In this document: positions 10,335-22,479 of the stretch, piece by piece
Layout: every line of letters starts with the position of its first letter
How positions within the stretch are numbered: the stretch's first letter is position 1
Position numbers and translations under genes: made by a program
Notes under the pieces: model-generated
What the model was told of the DNA's origin: nothing
The model's input: only the letters and a program-made list of their open reading frames with translations
The model's database searches: none
Assembly: GCA_949358305.1 (NCBI GenBank)
Contig: OX442314.1
Span: 3,472,001 to 3,536,000, forward strand
Source of the DNA: Strigamia acuminata
Taxonomy: Eukaryota
Direction: 5' to 3'
DNA: 64,000 bases

Positions 10335-13164
10335 TTATTTAGGCAACATGTCCGTTGAATGATCGTTTGGATCTTTGTGCTCTGTGACGGTGCACAAAGG
10401 TCGGCCGGCGTTTGGTCCTGACCGGAAGCCAGGGTTGATGTGGAGCCACACTTGTTTTATGCGGTCTACACCATCCCTTCGTCCAAAACCCATCTCGAAA
10501 TACTCCTGCGGGTCTTGAGGCGTAATTCGGGCGAACACCAGGCGTTGATGCAGGATCCACGGCTGTTGTTCCTTGATGTGGTTTTCCAGCCACGCGAGGA
10601 CTCGGTTGCATAAATCCTCGCTGTTCTGGAGAATGGTTTTCGTCGCGCTCGTTATGTAGCAAAAGGCGTATAATGAGCGCAAACGTTGATAGGCGGTGAG
10701 GTACGTGGCCATCTTTGATCCCCTATCTCTCGGTGGCGAATCCTTTGGCGGTGGCGGTGGTGGCGGCGACTTCTTGCAGATCGAGAGCGATCTGGATCTG
10801 CGCGAAGCCGGGGTGCGCGTCTTTGGTCTGGCACCGCTGGCCACAGGCACGACGAACTCGCGATCGTCGCTGTCGAGCCACTCCATTGGAGACGAGATGT
10901 TACAACTTGGTGCCTCGGTTGCACGGGAAACACTCGACGTTGCCGTGATGGCAGCGTGGAGTGGAGCTGCGGATGACGGTGGTGCGCCAGCGGGACGGGC
11001 GGTAGCTCGTTCCGCTGCGCGCCGCTGCTTTAGCGTAGCCCATTCCTGCCGTAGTCGAATGGCGGATCCAGCCGGAGTTTCGCCAGTCGCCTCGGCTTGT
11101 TGCGTCAATTCGGCGAGCATCGTTGGAGGATCGGGGCGAACGGACTCCCAATCGTCCAGCAAGGCTCGTGGAAGCCCTAATGGCGCGGTCCACAATCGAG
11201 TGGCGGCCACCAGAGCAATCTGTGGGTCGGGAAAGACTCCTGGGAACAGGATTCGAAGAAGTCCCTCCGACAACTTCTTGTTCATCTTCTGCAGCGTCCG
11301 TTGCAGTTGCTTGTCGGACTTGCACGACGCAAGCTCTCGCGCAAGCCATTGCCATTCCTTCTCACCTTCGCGGATCTGAGCGAGTTGGTATTCGTCCAGA
11401 TGCGCGAGGTACATCGCTTGGGCTGTCTCGGGAAACGATGAGAATCGCCTCCAGAGATCAGCGCACTCCTGTGCGGGAAATGGTTCTTGAGAGACGTATC
11501 CCTCAAAACGGATGGCCGATGTCACTTGTGGCACGGGCACCGATGGGTCTGGTCGCATGTCGCTGGTGACTGGACGGCAAGCGAACGGTAAGGAGGTGTT
11601 GACGTCTCCTTGACCGGCTTGCAATGCGGCGATGCGTTGATCTTCTTTCGCTATCTCGTCCGACCAGTCAATCCGGCCGGAGAAGGAAGCGTTAAGCTGT
11701 GAAGCGTTGGATCGTTCTTCACGCGACGAGAGTGAACTCCTCGTGGAAGATTGGCGCGATTGCACTCGAGGTCGGCTTCGGGACGAGTGTCTCGAAACGG
11801 ACTTTGAATGTCTTTTGGGCGGCGTCGACTCGCGTCGGTGATGTGAGCGATGACGAGCCTTCTGGAGTGGAGGTAACCCTCCAATGGCGCCTTCCCCCGA
11901 CGACTGTGTTGGGGAGGAGCGACTGTAGGGCGACCTCGATGATCGTGACCTCGACGTGGAGCGCGGCGGCACCACGTGGATGGTGGAAGCGACCTGTACC
12001 CGGGGCTCCGGCTCTGGATACGGGTTTGGCACGAAATCAGCATGGAAACATCCGCCCATGGCTAGTTGATGCATCTCCGATTGGCATGTCGGCACCCAAC
12101 GTTTCTTTCCGTCCGTTGTTACACGGAAAGATTCGTGGTAGAGGCGTACAACCTCGGCCTTGGTTTGGTCAAGACGTTGGAAGATGTCCTCCAAAATCTG
12201 TCGACGCTCCCACGCAGGAGCGTTGAAGTAACGGCGATGGTCTCGCGTTTCTTGAGCGATCACTGTGAAGGCGAAGTCAAGCAACACGTTTCGCAGTGGT
12301 CCGAAGGTGTCGCGCTTCATTGCCCACTCGAGGGCGTCGCGATGACCGAATCCATCGATTAAATAAGCGATCCGAAACTTCGTTCCCCATCGCTTGTTTA
12401 AGGCTTTGGAGAATTTGTGTCGGGCCGCCCAAAACGTCAGTCTCCCCTTGGACTTGATGATTTCCGGCGGCAATGCATGTCGCCAGACTCCAGGAGCGGT
12501 CGGGACATCGGGGTGCAGTTCGAGATGCGTCTCCCGAAGCTGGATGATCTGTAAAATATTCGAAGAAATAATTAAAATCCATTTTTTCGTGTAAAATAAT
12601 TATTTCCGAATTTTCAGTGAATAAAATCACGGGTGAGATTTCATTCGACGGTTTAGATTCGTTAAATTTTTCAAAATATTTGAAAAATTGTGAAAAACGT
12701 TGTTTCCGACGGCTATGTTTCAGTGTTTGGAGCGTTACCGTAGCAACGCCTCAAAAACGAGACACAGCGCCATCTGATGATAAAAATGGCGGCGCCTTCT
12801 TGCGAAGGCGTTACCAACGAACTTTTCGCTTTTTCTGAGTGAAAATGCACTTTTAATTACTTTTCATGACTGAAAGGTAATTTTATTTTAAATTATTTAC
12901 CCGGTCGTGTCTCTGTGCACGAGTTTCGCCGTTTGGATCGGCGAACAGGCCTCCTCGTAGTCGGGGCTGAGACGGCGTGACAGGCAAACAGGCAGCAGCG
13001 TCGGCCAGAGCGGCTTGAGCTTCGGCGGACGCTTCGGCGGACTCTTCGGTGACATCCACGGATGTATTCGAAGTATTTGCGGAACCAAGCAGCGTCGAAT
13101 TCGTTTCTAATTCGAGGCTGTTGGCGCCGGCTTCGCTTCCTTCTTTCGGTTCCTCTCCTTCCAT
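10335..13164 (-). CDS. Spliced accessory gene of Gypsy-2 (~825 aa, unknown function, not env-like)
   Basis: Coding exons 13164-12901 (88 codons) and 12548-10335 join in phase across a GTAAAT...TTTTACAG intron. A probable 5'UTR intron at 13250-13173 (GTAAGT...TTAG). Confidence 0.75.
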
Positions 13165-13373
13165 TTGAACGACTAATCCAAATGGAAAAGAAAAACGAAA
13201 ATTAATTTATTAGTTTTTCCTTGGAAACTTCCAAAGAAAAAGCTACTTACAATTGAAGATTCGGGAGAATTTATCCAACGGTTTCTCTTTTGGTTTTTTG
13301 GCGATGAGCACTTAACACACGTGTGAGATCGAAGTGAACTCAGACGCGAAGTGATCAGTTCAAATACCGGAAG

Positions 13374-16300
13374 TTACGTTTGGGTAACGTCGCGGTTAGT
13401 GACGTCATCCAATCTTATTGTTTGATTGGTTTGCGTATGGCTTGGGGAATTGCTCCTTACGTCATACGGCTGATCCCTGGATCTCGAGGTTATCGAGGGG
13501 AGAAGACACATGTTGTTTTTTCCTCTCGGTTTACGAGTCCGAAGATTATATCTCTTTGTCGGCGAGGGATTTATTGTATTTAAATCGCCGTCTTCATTGT
13601 CATCGGAGACTGAGTCAGATGAGTCTTTTATTTCAGATGTTTTTTGTTTCTTTTCTAAAAACACCTTTTTATTTAATTTTTTAGCAATTTCAAGTTTTTT
13701 GAAACTGTCACGAAGCTCAACGTCGTTATTCACGAGGTCTGACTCCATTTGTGGTTTGGATGAATTATCGACAGGTATTTTCTTTAATTCATCGTCATCT
13801 AACGTATTAATTATATTTTCAGTCTTTTGACCGACTTCTTCGCCTTCTAACCATACTTCCTGGTCGAAACTCGGGAAATACGGAGTTAATTCAGACGAAT
13901 GGACAGCTGGAAATATTTCGTTGTTTTCTAGCTTTCTTAATTCCACCGAACCTCCCTGTAATACTTTGGTTATTACATAAGCCCTGTTCTTTTATCAGCG
14001 ATGCCAGCTGCAATGCCGCGGGCAGCGCTCGACAAAACATGAGAATCTCTCCAAACTAAATCGTTTAATTTAAAATTGGAGAACTTCTCACCTTCTTTTT
14101 TAAGATTAACTCGTCTACGCAAATCTAACACGTGTGACATCATGTGCTGATATGTTTCGGCGATAACAGCTTCTAATTTTTGCACGTATAAATGTGGGTT
14201 TTTTGGATCTAAGACCAAAATTCCTTCAGGTATTCTTGGATCCCAAGGTACTCTGAGTTCGCGAAAAAAGTTAAGAAACGCGGGAGAGAAGTCTCTTCCT
14301 CTCGTCACCGTAGTTCTCAAACTAAATGCAAATTCACGCAAATATTCGTCCCATTTGGAATGAACAGATGAATAAATTGCAACCAAATATTTGATGTCAC
14401 GGTTAACCCTTTCAACCGGGTTAGCTTGTGGGTGATATGTTGAAGTTGGTGTTGGAACCATCTTGAACTTTTCACAAAATTTTTTAAAGACTTGGGCACG
14501 AAATTGCGGGCCGTTGTCAGAAATAATTTTACGAGGGAATCCCATGCTCATGGAAAGGTGATAAATGCAATTTGCTACTTTTCCGGCAGTGGGGTTACAC
14601 ATTGGATATAATTCTGGCCAATGAGTTGCCACGTCAAGTATGACTAAAATATGTGTGTTGTTTTTGCGCGTCCGAGGTTTCGGGCCGGTCAAATCAACAC
14701 TTAGGCAGTCAAATGGGCTGTAAGGACCCATTTGCGCTGCTTCAATTTGTCCTTTCGTTCGAGGTTTGCAAGCTTGACAGCGCTCGCAGTGTCGAATGAA
14801 TCTCGTAATGTCCGATTTCATGCCTTTCCAGGTATAAATTCGGCGTGCTCGATAAAGAGTCCTTGCAATTCCTGGGTGGCCAGAAAGTGGGTGGCCATGC
14901 ATCAGCCAAATAATTTTATACTTCAATGTCTGAGGTACAAAAACTTTGAGTGCTCTTCCATCCTCCCCCAATTCATCAGACATTGTGGGATGAAATTGCA
15001 TTAATAAGTCATCTTCGATTAAGAAGGTGGTTGCGTGTTTTCTATATTGTTTCCTTTGAAGTCGCGTTGTGACGTCAGGTGGAAATTGATTACAATTTAA
15101 AAAATTACGCATCAATTGGCAAACTTTATCTTCTTTCTGTGCCTTAATTATGTCTTCCCTTGTGGGAGGTTCACAATCAAGACGTTCTACAATTTTGGCG
15201 ACAAATGCTTTTATTAAAACATTTGACGAAGGAACTTGGAATTTCCTTGAAATTTGCGCTCTTATGACGTCATCTGATTCCTCAGAGGGGTCATAGATTT
15301 TAGTCCAATAGTTGACGAATTCATGATCTTCCTTTTCCTCCAGCGTGGAGACAGGAAGCTCATGAAATTTTCCCATTTTCCAATTTCGTTGTGGTGATGG
15401 ACAGTAAGATAATAATTCATCATTATCTCCATCATCTTCAGGATTTTCAGGTTTATCAATCGGTGATCTTGATAAAGCATCCGCTAAAACATTTAGTGGA
15501 CCTTTAATGTATTGAATTTCGAAAGAATAGCGCATCAGCTCCATTTGCCAACGCGCTAGCCTTCCGGCAGGTTCGTCTAACTGCATCAACCATTTTAATG
15601 CTTGATGGTCAGTCCTTACTATGAATGTGGTAAATTCCAAATAATGTCGGAATTTACGTAATGCCCAGATTACCGCAAGGCATTCTAATTCTGTGGCGCT
15701 GTAATTTATCTCAGCAGGTTGCAAACTTCTGCTGGCATAAACACAAGGCACTTCGATATTTTGATCATCGATTTTTCTTATTTGCATAAGCGCGGCGCCT
15801 AGTCCTTTTCGACTAGCGTCGGTATGCACAATAAATGGTTCTGTCAAATCAGGCATGGCCATTGTTTCTGCATTCGTTAAAGCATCTTTTATTTGATCAA
15901 AAGCTTCTTGATGAATTTCTGACCAAATAAATTCCACATCCTTTTTGAGTAAAGGACGTAGAGGTTCCGTCATGACTGCTAGATTCTTGAGTAATCTGTG
16001 AAAAAAGTTCACCATTCCCAGAAATCTTTGCAACTCTTTCAAATTTGAAGGAGCTGGCATTTCTTTAATGGCGGCGACTTTTTTAGGGTCGACACTAACT
16101 CCTTGAACACTTAATTTGTAGCCAAGAAAAGTTAATTCTTTTCTGCCAAATTTTGATTTTTCTGGATGAACATGAAGATTTGCATTTTCAAGTTTACTCA
16201 GAATTTCTTCTAGATGAATCATGTGTTCTTCAAAATTTTTAGATATAATAATTATATCATCGAGGTATGCCCATGCGAATTTTCGGTAGGCGTCCCCCAA

Positions 16301-17821
16301 AATCTTTTCTATCAACTTTTGGAAAGTTGACGGCGCATTTACGAGACCAAAGGGCATGACTCTAAATTGAAGTCGACCCAAAGGGCTCCAAAACGCAGTT
16401 TTAGCACGGTCATTTGGATGAACCTCTATTTGCCAATAGCCTTTTGACAAATCTATTGTTGTGACCCATTCAAATCTTCCGAGTTCTCGAAGGATTTCCT
16501 CAATGCTGGGCATTTGAGGTGGATCGTATAATGTATGTGCATTGAGTGGTCTAAAATCAATGCAGAGTCTCGGATCACAATCCGGACGCATCACTAGAAC
16601 TATTCGCATTCCATAGTCTCCAGTGGCTTGTTCAACGTACCCATTATCCAACATATCTTGACAGATTTGACGGATAATTTCACGTTTCTGTGGATTTACG
16701 CTTTTAAACGGAACTCTAATCGGAACTTTAGTGTCCAGTTTAATTTCATGCCTAACGAGGTGTGTTCTACCTGGTCGGCGTGACAAAATCTTTTCATGTT
16801 TCTTTAATACTTTTTCAAGCATTAAATTATTTTCCATTGACAAATTAGCGTCGCTAACAAGTCTTTGTACTATATTTTCTTCATCGGCAACTTTAGCTTG
16901 ACATGCAGTGGCGGAACCAGCTTTCATGTGATTTGCTTTAATAAAGTCGCGTTTCATTATTTCTTCAGGTGGATCAAGGAACTCTTGATAACGATCAAGA
17001 ATCGCTTGAGGAACAAAAGGTAAATCTTCTTTCAAAGACTTAACGAAATTCCAAGACATTGTCTTAGGATTTGGTTGTATATTGAGTCGATTCATAAAAT
17101 CACATCCTAATAAAACAATAGGATATTTATTTCTTAAAATTATGAATGGATGACTTAACATCCCGTGTGTCCACGCAAAAGAAAGTAGGAGAGTTCCTTC
17201 AGGGACTACATCTTCTGAAGCAGTCGTAACTCTCACATCCGGTCCTATTGGTCGAATTTCATCTTCCAGTTTCAGCAAAATTACTACGGAGTAGGCCATG
17301 AAGCTTCGATTAGCTCCAGAGTCTAACATCCCTGTTATCATACCGTTTGCCGTCTGCAATCGAATCGTCGGCAAATCATTGCTGTTTGGTATGTCCGCGT
17401 ATTTGCATTTAAAACGTCGCGGTGGCTTAATTTCTATCGGCGGATCCAATGGTAATTCGTCCAATAAATCATTAGTGACTAATGTTGTAGCCATTAATTT
17501 TTCAATACAATCGTCAAGACCAGGTAAATCAATTTTATCTGATCTTTCAACAATTTCAGGTGTTGGCCTAGCTTTTTCATCTAGCAAAGTAACAGCATCT
17601 TTTATTTTAGATTCCCAATCAACTTTTATTTGTTGAACTTTTTCTTTAAAAAATTCCTCAGTGATGTTTTCATTTTGCAGCACAAGCTTTAAACTGGAAA
17701 CATCAATTTTTGGAAATATTAAATTATTTTCTAATTCTAATTTAATCTGTGTATTTAAAAATTCATCTAAAATTCGAGATGGTGTTAGTTCATTTTCCGA
17801 GGCGGTAGGCGTCGCATCCAT
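13374..17821 (-). CDS. Gypsy-2 pol (PR-RT-RH-IN), with a 1-nt frameshift in the integrase GPY/F region at ~13980
   Basis: Motifs LDSGA; YLDD; TDAS/RTDHQAL; H..H..C..C, SVD, SDNG, VER. The ORF stops at RTGLM; one added base gives RTGPYVITKVLQGGSVELRK, joining ORF 13374-13946. Confidence 0.93.
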
Positions 17822-17854
17822 TAGACCGTCTGGATGCGCGCTTACAAGTTTTTT
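17813..17854 (-). promoter_or_regulatory. -1 programmed ribosomal frameshift signal (gag to pol)
   Basis: A_AAA_AAC heptamer in the gag frame (17854-17848), followed by a CGCATCCA/TGGATGCG stem (17838-17813). pol lies in the -1 frame. Confidence 0.8.
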
Positions 17855-18831
17855 AGAAGTTCGCCGATTGATTTCATTGATTTCTCGAACTCCTCAATAA
17901 TCTTGTCTTTGCTCGATTTCCTATCAGGACATTCTTTAGCCCAATGTCCCAATTTTTTGCAGATGTTACATGGGTCAGTAGCAGGTGATTTCGCGACTTT
18001 TGGCGAAGGCGAACTTGAACGTTTGGCTTCGTCTTTTTTAGGGGTCGGCGACTTCGATCTACTGAGCGCGTCTGTTTTTGGTGAACCAAAAGTAATGTTT
18101 TTAGGCGCCATCTTTGGTCCAAATTTTCGAGCTACTGCGTTATTACGGGCTAATAAAGCAGCTGCAGCCTCGCTTTCTGGTTCCGAGTCAGATTTCTCTG
18201 GTTCAGAAGCAGCTTCCATTTCTGTCACTTCGGCTAAGTGAGCTTTAGGGGTTGGATGTGGATTTTTCCCATCCGATCCCTTTTTAGATTCCTTAGCAGT
18301 CTCTGCCAAAAAATCTCCTCGTTTTGGGGGTTGCAAAAGAGGGGTGTTAGCAAAACGTGTGTCTTTTGCCAACTCCTTTCTCCGTTGCTGTCGCTTAGCG
18401 TACGCAACTTTTTCATCAGCTGGTAGATAAGCTTTATAATTTTCGTCAATCCTTATCTGATTGGCTCGCATAAATTTGGCTAATTCAGCGAAACCACCCG
18501 GATAAGGTGCTCGTACAGAAAGTAGAACATTTTTTGAGTAATCTGTCAATCCACGACGGAATTGACGATCAATGGCTGCGTCTCCCATCGTATAAGGGAG
18601 AGTGACCAATAAATCCTCAGTCCTTCTTAAATAAGAGCGAAGACTTTCGCCTTTATTTTGAGAAAGATTATCCCACATTTGTAATAAGTCTTCACTTGAC
18701 TCTCCATACTCAGTCATGAATTCTTCTACAAAGTGGTTCCAATTTTGAAATTGTTTAGAATAAAACCATTTCTCAGCTCGGTCTATAAGAGCTTTAGCCT
18801 TTCCGCGGATTGGCTTCCGCGAAATCCGCAT
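17842..18831 (-). CDS. Gypsy-2 gag (N-terminus degenerate or truncated)
   Basis: Retrotransposon gag-type AEKWF...W..F...F..EY and Q..GESLRSY motifs; knuckle CNICKKLGHWAKEC. Confidence 0.85.
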   Translation of the reverse strand: MRISRKPIRGKAKALIDRAEKWFYSKQFQNWNHFVEEFMTEYGESSEDLLQMWDNLSQNKGESLRSYLRRTEDLLVTLPYTMGDAAIDRQFRRGLTDYSKNVLLSVRAPYPGGFAELAKFMRANQIRIDENYKAYLPADEKVAYAKRQQRRKELAKDTRFANTPLLQPPKRGDFLAETAKESKKGSDGKNPHPTPKAHLAEVTEMEAASEPEKSDSEPESEAAAALLARNNAVARKFGPKMAPKNITFGSPKTDALSRSKSPTPKKDEAKRSSSPSPKVAKSPATDPCNICKKLGHWAKECPDRKSSKDKIIEEFEKSMKSIGELLKNL

Positions 18832-19157
18832 TTCGGGGGCGACTATTCTGGGGATTCCGGGTGGACCAAACTCTTCCGGAAAACGTCCGGGGTGGTGTTG
18901 GGAGTGTCAATAGACTGTTTTGTGTCAAGGTTGTCAATTTTCATGTGAGTATTGGAAGGTTCATTTCTGCACATTCTCATGTATTTTTTTTCACAGGAGC
19001 GACAAGGAGCGATGAAGCGGGATCGAGCGAGAGTGGGTAAAATAAACTGGTTTACGTCTCCAATGCGCGTTCAAGATGGAATACGAACTCGGAATCGACT
19101 CCAACACGCCTTCGCGTGACATACGGACGCATTCACGACCCAGATCAAAAAATGATC

Positions 19158-19838
19158 TCGTATTCGACTCGCTTTCTAGTCGAGTACGAGTTTTGCCCTT
19201 CTTCAACGCGAAATCGTATTCGACTCGTTTTCTAGTCGAATGCGAGTTTTGCCCTTCTTCAACGCGAAATCGTATTCGACTCGTTTTCGAGTCGAATGCG
19301 AATTTTGCCCTTCTTCAACGCAAAATCGTATTCGACTCGTTTTCGAGTCGAGTACGAGTTTTGCCCTTCTCCAACGCGAAATCGTATTCGACTCGTTTTC
19401 GAGTCGAGTACGAGTTTTGCCCTTCTTCAACGCGAAATCGTATTCGACTCGCTTTCGAGTCGAGTACGAGTTTTGCCCTTTCTACAACGCGAAATCGTAT
19501 TCGACTCGTTTTCTAGTCGAATGCGAGTTTTGCCCTTCTTCAACGCGAAATCGTATTCGACTCGTTTTCGAGTCGAATGCGAATTTTGCCCTTCTTCAAC
19601 GCGAAATCGTATTCGACTCGTTTTCGAGTCGAGTACGAGTTTTGCCCTTCTCCAACGCGAAATCGTATTCGACTCGTTTTCGAGTCGAGTACGAGTTTTG
19701 CCCTTCTTCAACGCGAAATCGTATTCGACTCGTTTTCGAGTCGAATGCGAATTCGTATTCGACTCGTTTTCGAGTCGAATGCGAATTTTGCCCTTCTTCA
19801 ACGCGAAATCGTATTCGACTCGTTTTCGAGTCGAATAC
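19158..19838 (-). repeat. 56-bp tandem array, left arm (about a dozen units), inverted relative to the right array
   Basis: Unit GTATTCGACTCGTTTTCGAGTCGAGTACGAGTTTTGCCCTTCTTCAACGCGAAATC. Confidence 0.95.
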
Positions 19839-21000
19839 GAGATAGTCGATGACCCGTTCCCGGACTTTGACTCGTACGACTCGTATTCGAGATGTATTCG
19901 AGATGTATTCGAATCGTATTCGAGTCGTATTCGAGATGGTCGATGATTTCCACTCGCTCGTATACGCGTTGTATACGAGCTCGTATTTTGATCGTAATCG
20001 TAAACGAATCGTTTACAAGTCGTATACGAGTTGTATACGACGTGTATACACCTCGTATACGAACGAAGTTTGTGAAAACACAATTTCCAAATAAGACGTA
20101 TGTGACTACTATGTGTTTTCATGTCGTAGTAAGTATCCGGTGGATTTTCCAAACTTCGTTCGTATACGAGGTGTATACACGTCGTATACAACTCGTATAC
20201 GACTTGTAAACGACTCGTTTACGATTACGATCAAAATACGAGCTCGTATACAACGCGTATACGAGCGAGTGGAAATCATCGACCATCTCGAATACGACTC
20301 GAATTCGATTCGTATTCGATTCGAATACGATTCGAATTCGATTCGAATACGAATACGATCAAAATACGAACTCGTAACAACTCGAATACGAATCAAAGTC
20401 CGGGAAACAAAAATCATCGACCATCTCGTATACGATTCGAAAGCGAATCGAATACGATTTCGCGTTGAAGAAGGGCAAAATTCGTACTCGACTCGAAAAC
20501 GAGATGTATTCGAGATGTATTCGAATCGTATTCGAGTCGCATTCGAGATGGTCGATGATTTCCACTCGCTCGTATACGCGTTGTATACGAGCTCGTATTT
20601 TGATCGTAATCGTAAACGAATCGTTTACAAGTCGTATACAAGTTGTATACGACGTGTATACACCTCGTATACGAACGAAGTTTGGGAAAACACAATTTCC
20701 AAATAAGACGTATGTGACTACTATGTGTTTTCATGTCGTAGTAAGTATCCGGTGGATTTTCCAAACTTCGTTCGTATACGAGGTGTATACACGTCGTATA
20801 CAACTCGTATACGACTTGTAAACGATTCGTTTACGATTACGATCAAAATACGAGCTCGTATACAACGCGTATACGAGCGAGTGGAAATCATCGACCATCT
20901 CGAATACGACTCGAATACGATTCGAATACATCTCGAATACATCTCGAATACGAGTCGTACGAGTCAAAGTCCGGGAACGGGTCATCGACTATCTCGTATT
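19839..21000. repeat. Core of the foldback: two head-to-tail copies of arm / ~80-bp spacer / inverted arm
   Basis: Spacer at ~20071-20150 is repeated at ~20683-20762 (612-bp period); each copy is flanked by inverted CGTATACG-rich arms. Confidence 0.85.
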
Positions 21001-22400
21001 CGACTCGAAAGCGAGTCGAATACGATTTCGCGTTGAAGAAGGGCAAAACTCGTACTCGACTCGAAAGCGAGTCGAATACGATTTCGCGTTGAAGAAGGGC
21101 AAAACTCGTACTCGACTCGAAAACGAGTCGAATACGATTTCGCGTTGAAGAAGGGCAAAACTCGTACTCGACTCGAAAACGAGTCGAATACGATTTCGCG
21201 TTGAAGAAGGGCAAAACTCGTACTCGACTCGAAAGCGAGTCGAATACGATTTCGCGTTGAAGAAGGGCAAAACTCGTACTCGACTCGAAAACGAGTCGAA
21301 TACGATTTCGCGTTGAAGAAGGGCAAAACTCGTACTCGACTCGAAAGCGAGTCGAATACGATTTCGCGTTGAAGAAGGGCAAAACTCGTACTCGACTCGA
21401 AAACGAGTCGAATACGATTTCGCGTTGAAGAAGGGCAAAACTCGTACTCGACTCGAAAACGAGTCGAATACGATTTCGCGTTGAAGAAGGGCAAAACTCG
21501 TACTCGACTCGAAAACGAGTCGAATACGATTTCGCGTTGAAGAAGGGCAAAACTCGTACTCGACTCGAAAACGAGTCGAATACGATTTCGCGTTGAAGAA
21601 GGGCAAAACTCGTACTCGACTCGAAAGCGAGTCGAATACGATTTCGCGTTGAAGAAGGGCAAAACTCGTACTCGACTCGAAAACGAGTCGAATACGATTT
21701 CGCGTTGAAGAAGGGCAAAACTCGTACTCGACTCGAAAACGAGTCGAATACGATTTCGCGTTGAAGAAGGGCAAAACTCGTACTCGACTCGAAAGCGAGT
21801 CGAATACGATTTCGCGTTGAAGAAGGGCAAAACTCGTACTCGACTCGAAAACGAGTCGAATACGATTTCGCGTTGAAGAAGGGCAAAACTCGTACTCGAC
21901 TCGAAAGCGAGTCGAATACGATTTCGCGTTGAAGAAGGGCAAAACTCGTACTCGACTCGAAAACGAGTCGAATACGATTTCGCGTTGAAGAAGGGCAAAA
22001 CTCGTACTCGACTCGAAAACGAGTCGAATACGATTTCGCGTTGAAGAAGGGCAAAACTCGTACTCGACTCGAAAACGAGTCGAATACGATTTCGCGTTGA
22101 AGAAGGGCAAAACTCGTACTCGACTCGAAAGCGAGTCGAATACGATTTCGCGTTGAAGAAGGGCAAAACTCGTACTCGACTCGAAAGCGAGTCGAATACG
22201 ATTTCGCGTTGAAGAAGGGCAAAACTCGTACTCGACTCGAAAACGAGTCGAATACGATTTCGCGTTGAAGAAGGGCAAAACTCGTACTCGACTCGAAAGC
22301 GAGTCGAATACGATTTCGCGTTGAAAAAGGGAAAAACTCGTACTCGACTAGAAAGCGAGTCGAATACGATTCCGCGTTGAAAAAGAGAAAAACTCGTACG
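21001..22400 (+). repeat. 56-bp tandem array, right arm (~25 nearly identical units)
   Basis: Unit CGACTCGAAA(A/G)CGAGTCGAATACGATTTCGCGTTGAAGAAGGGCAAAACTCGTACT; period 21001 to 21057. Confidence 0.97.
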
Positions 22401-22479
22401 CGATTCAGTGAAACTAAATTTACATGTGCGCGTTGACGCGCGCGATTCGTGTGTTCTACGTGAGTAAATAGAGTGCGCG

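Larger units (their letters stand above)
9075..18970 (-). mobile_element. Gypsy-2: Ty3/Gypsy LTR retrotransposon, 5'-interrupted, with an accessory gene
   Basis: gag, pol, extra gene, PPT and 3' LTR are all on the minus strand. No 5' LTR was found in the window; the upstream boundary is approximate. Confidence 0.85.

Noticed and set aside
10335..12473. env gene of an errantivirus-like element
   Set aside because: No signal peptide, fusion-protein cysteine pattern or transmembrane helix is visible; the composition is nuclear-like and low-complexity.
19158..22400. CRISPR array
   Set aside because: The units are palindromic but directly tandem with no unique spacers; no cas genes; eukaryotic context.
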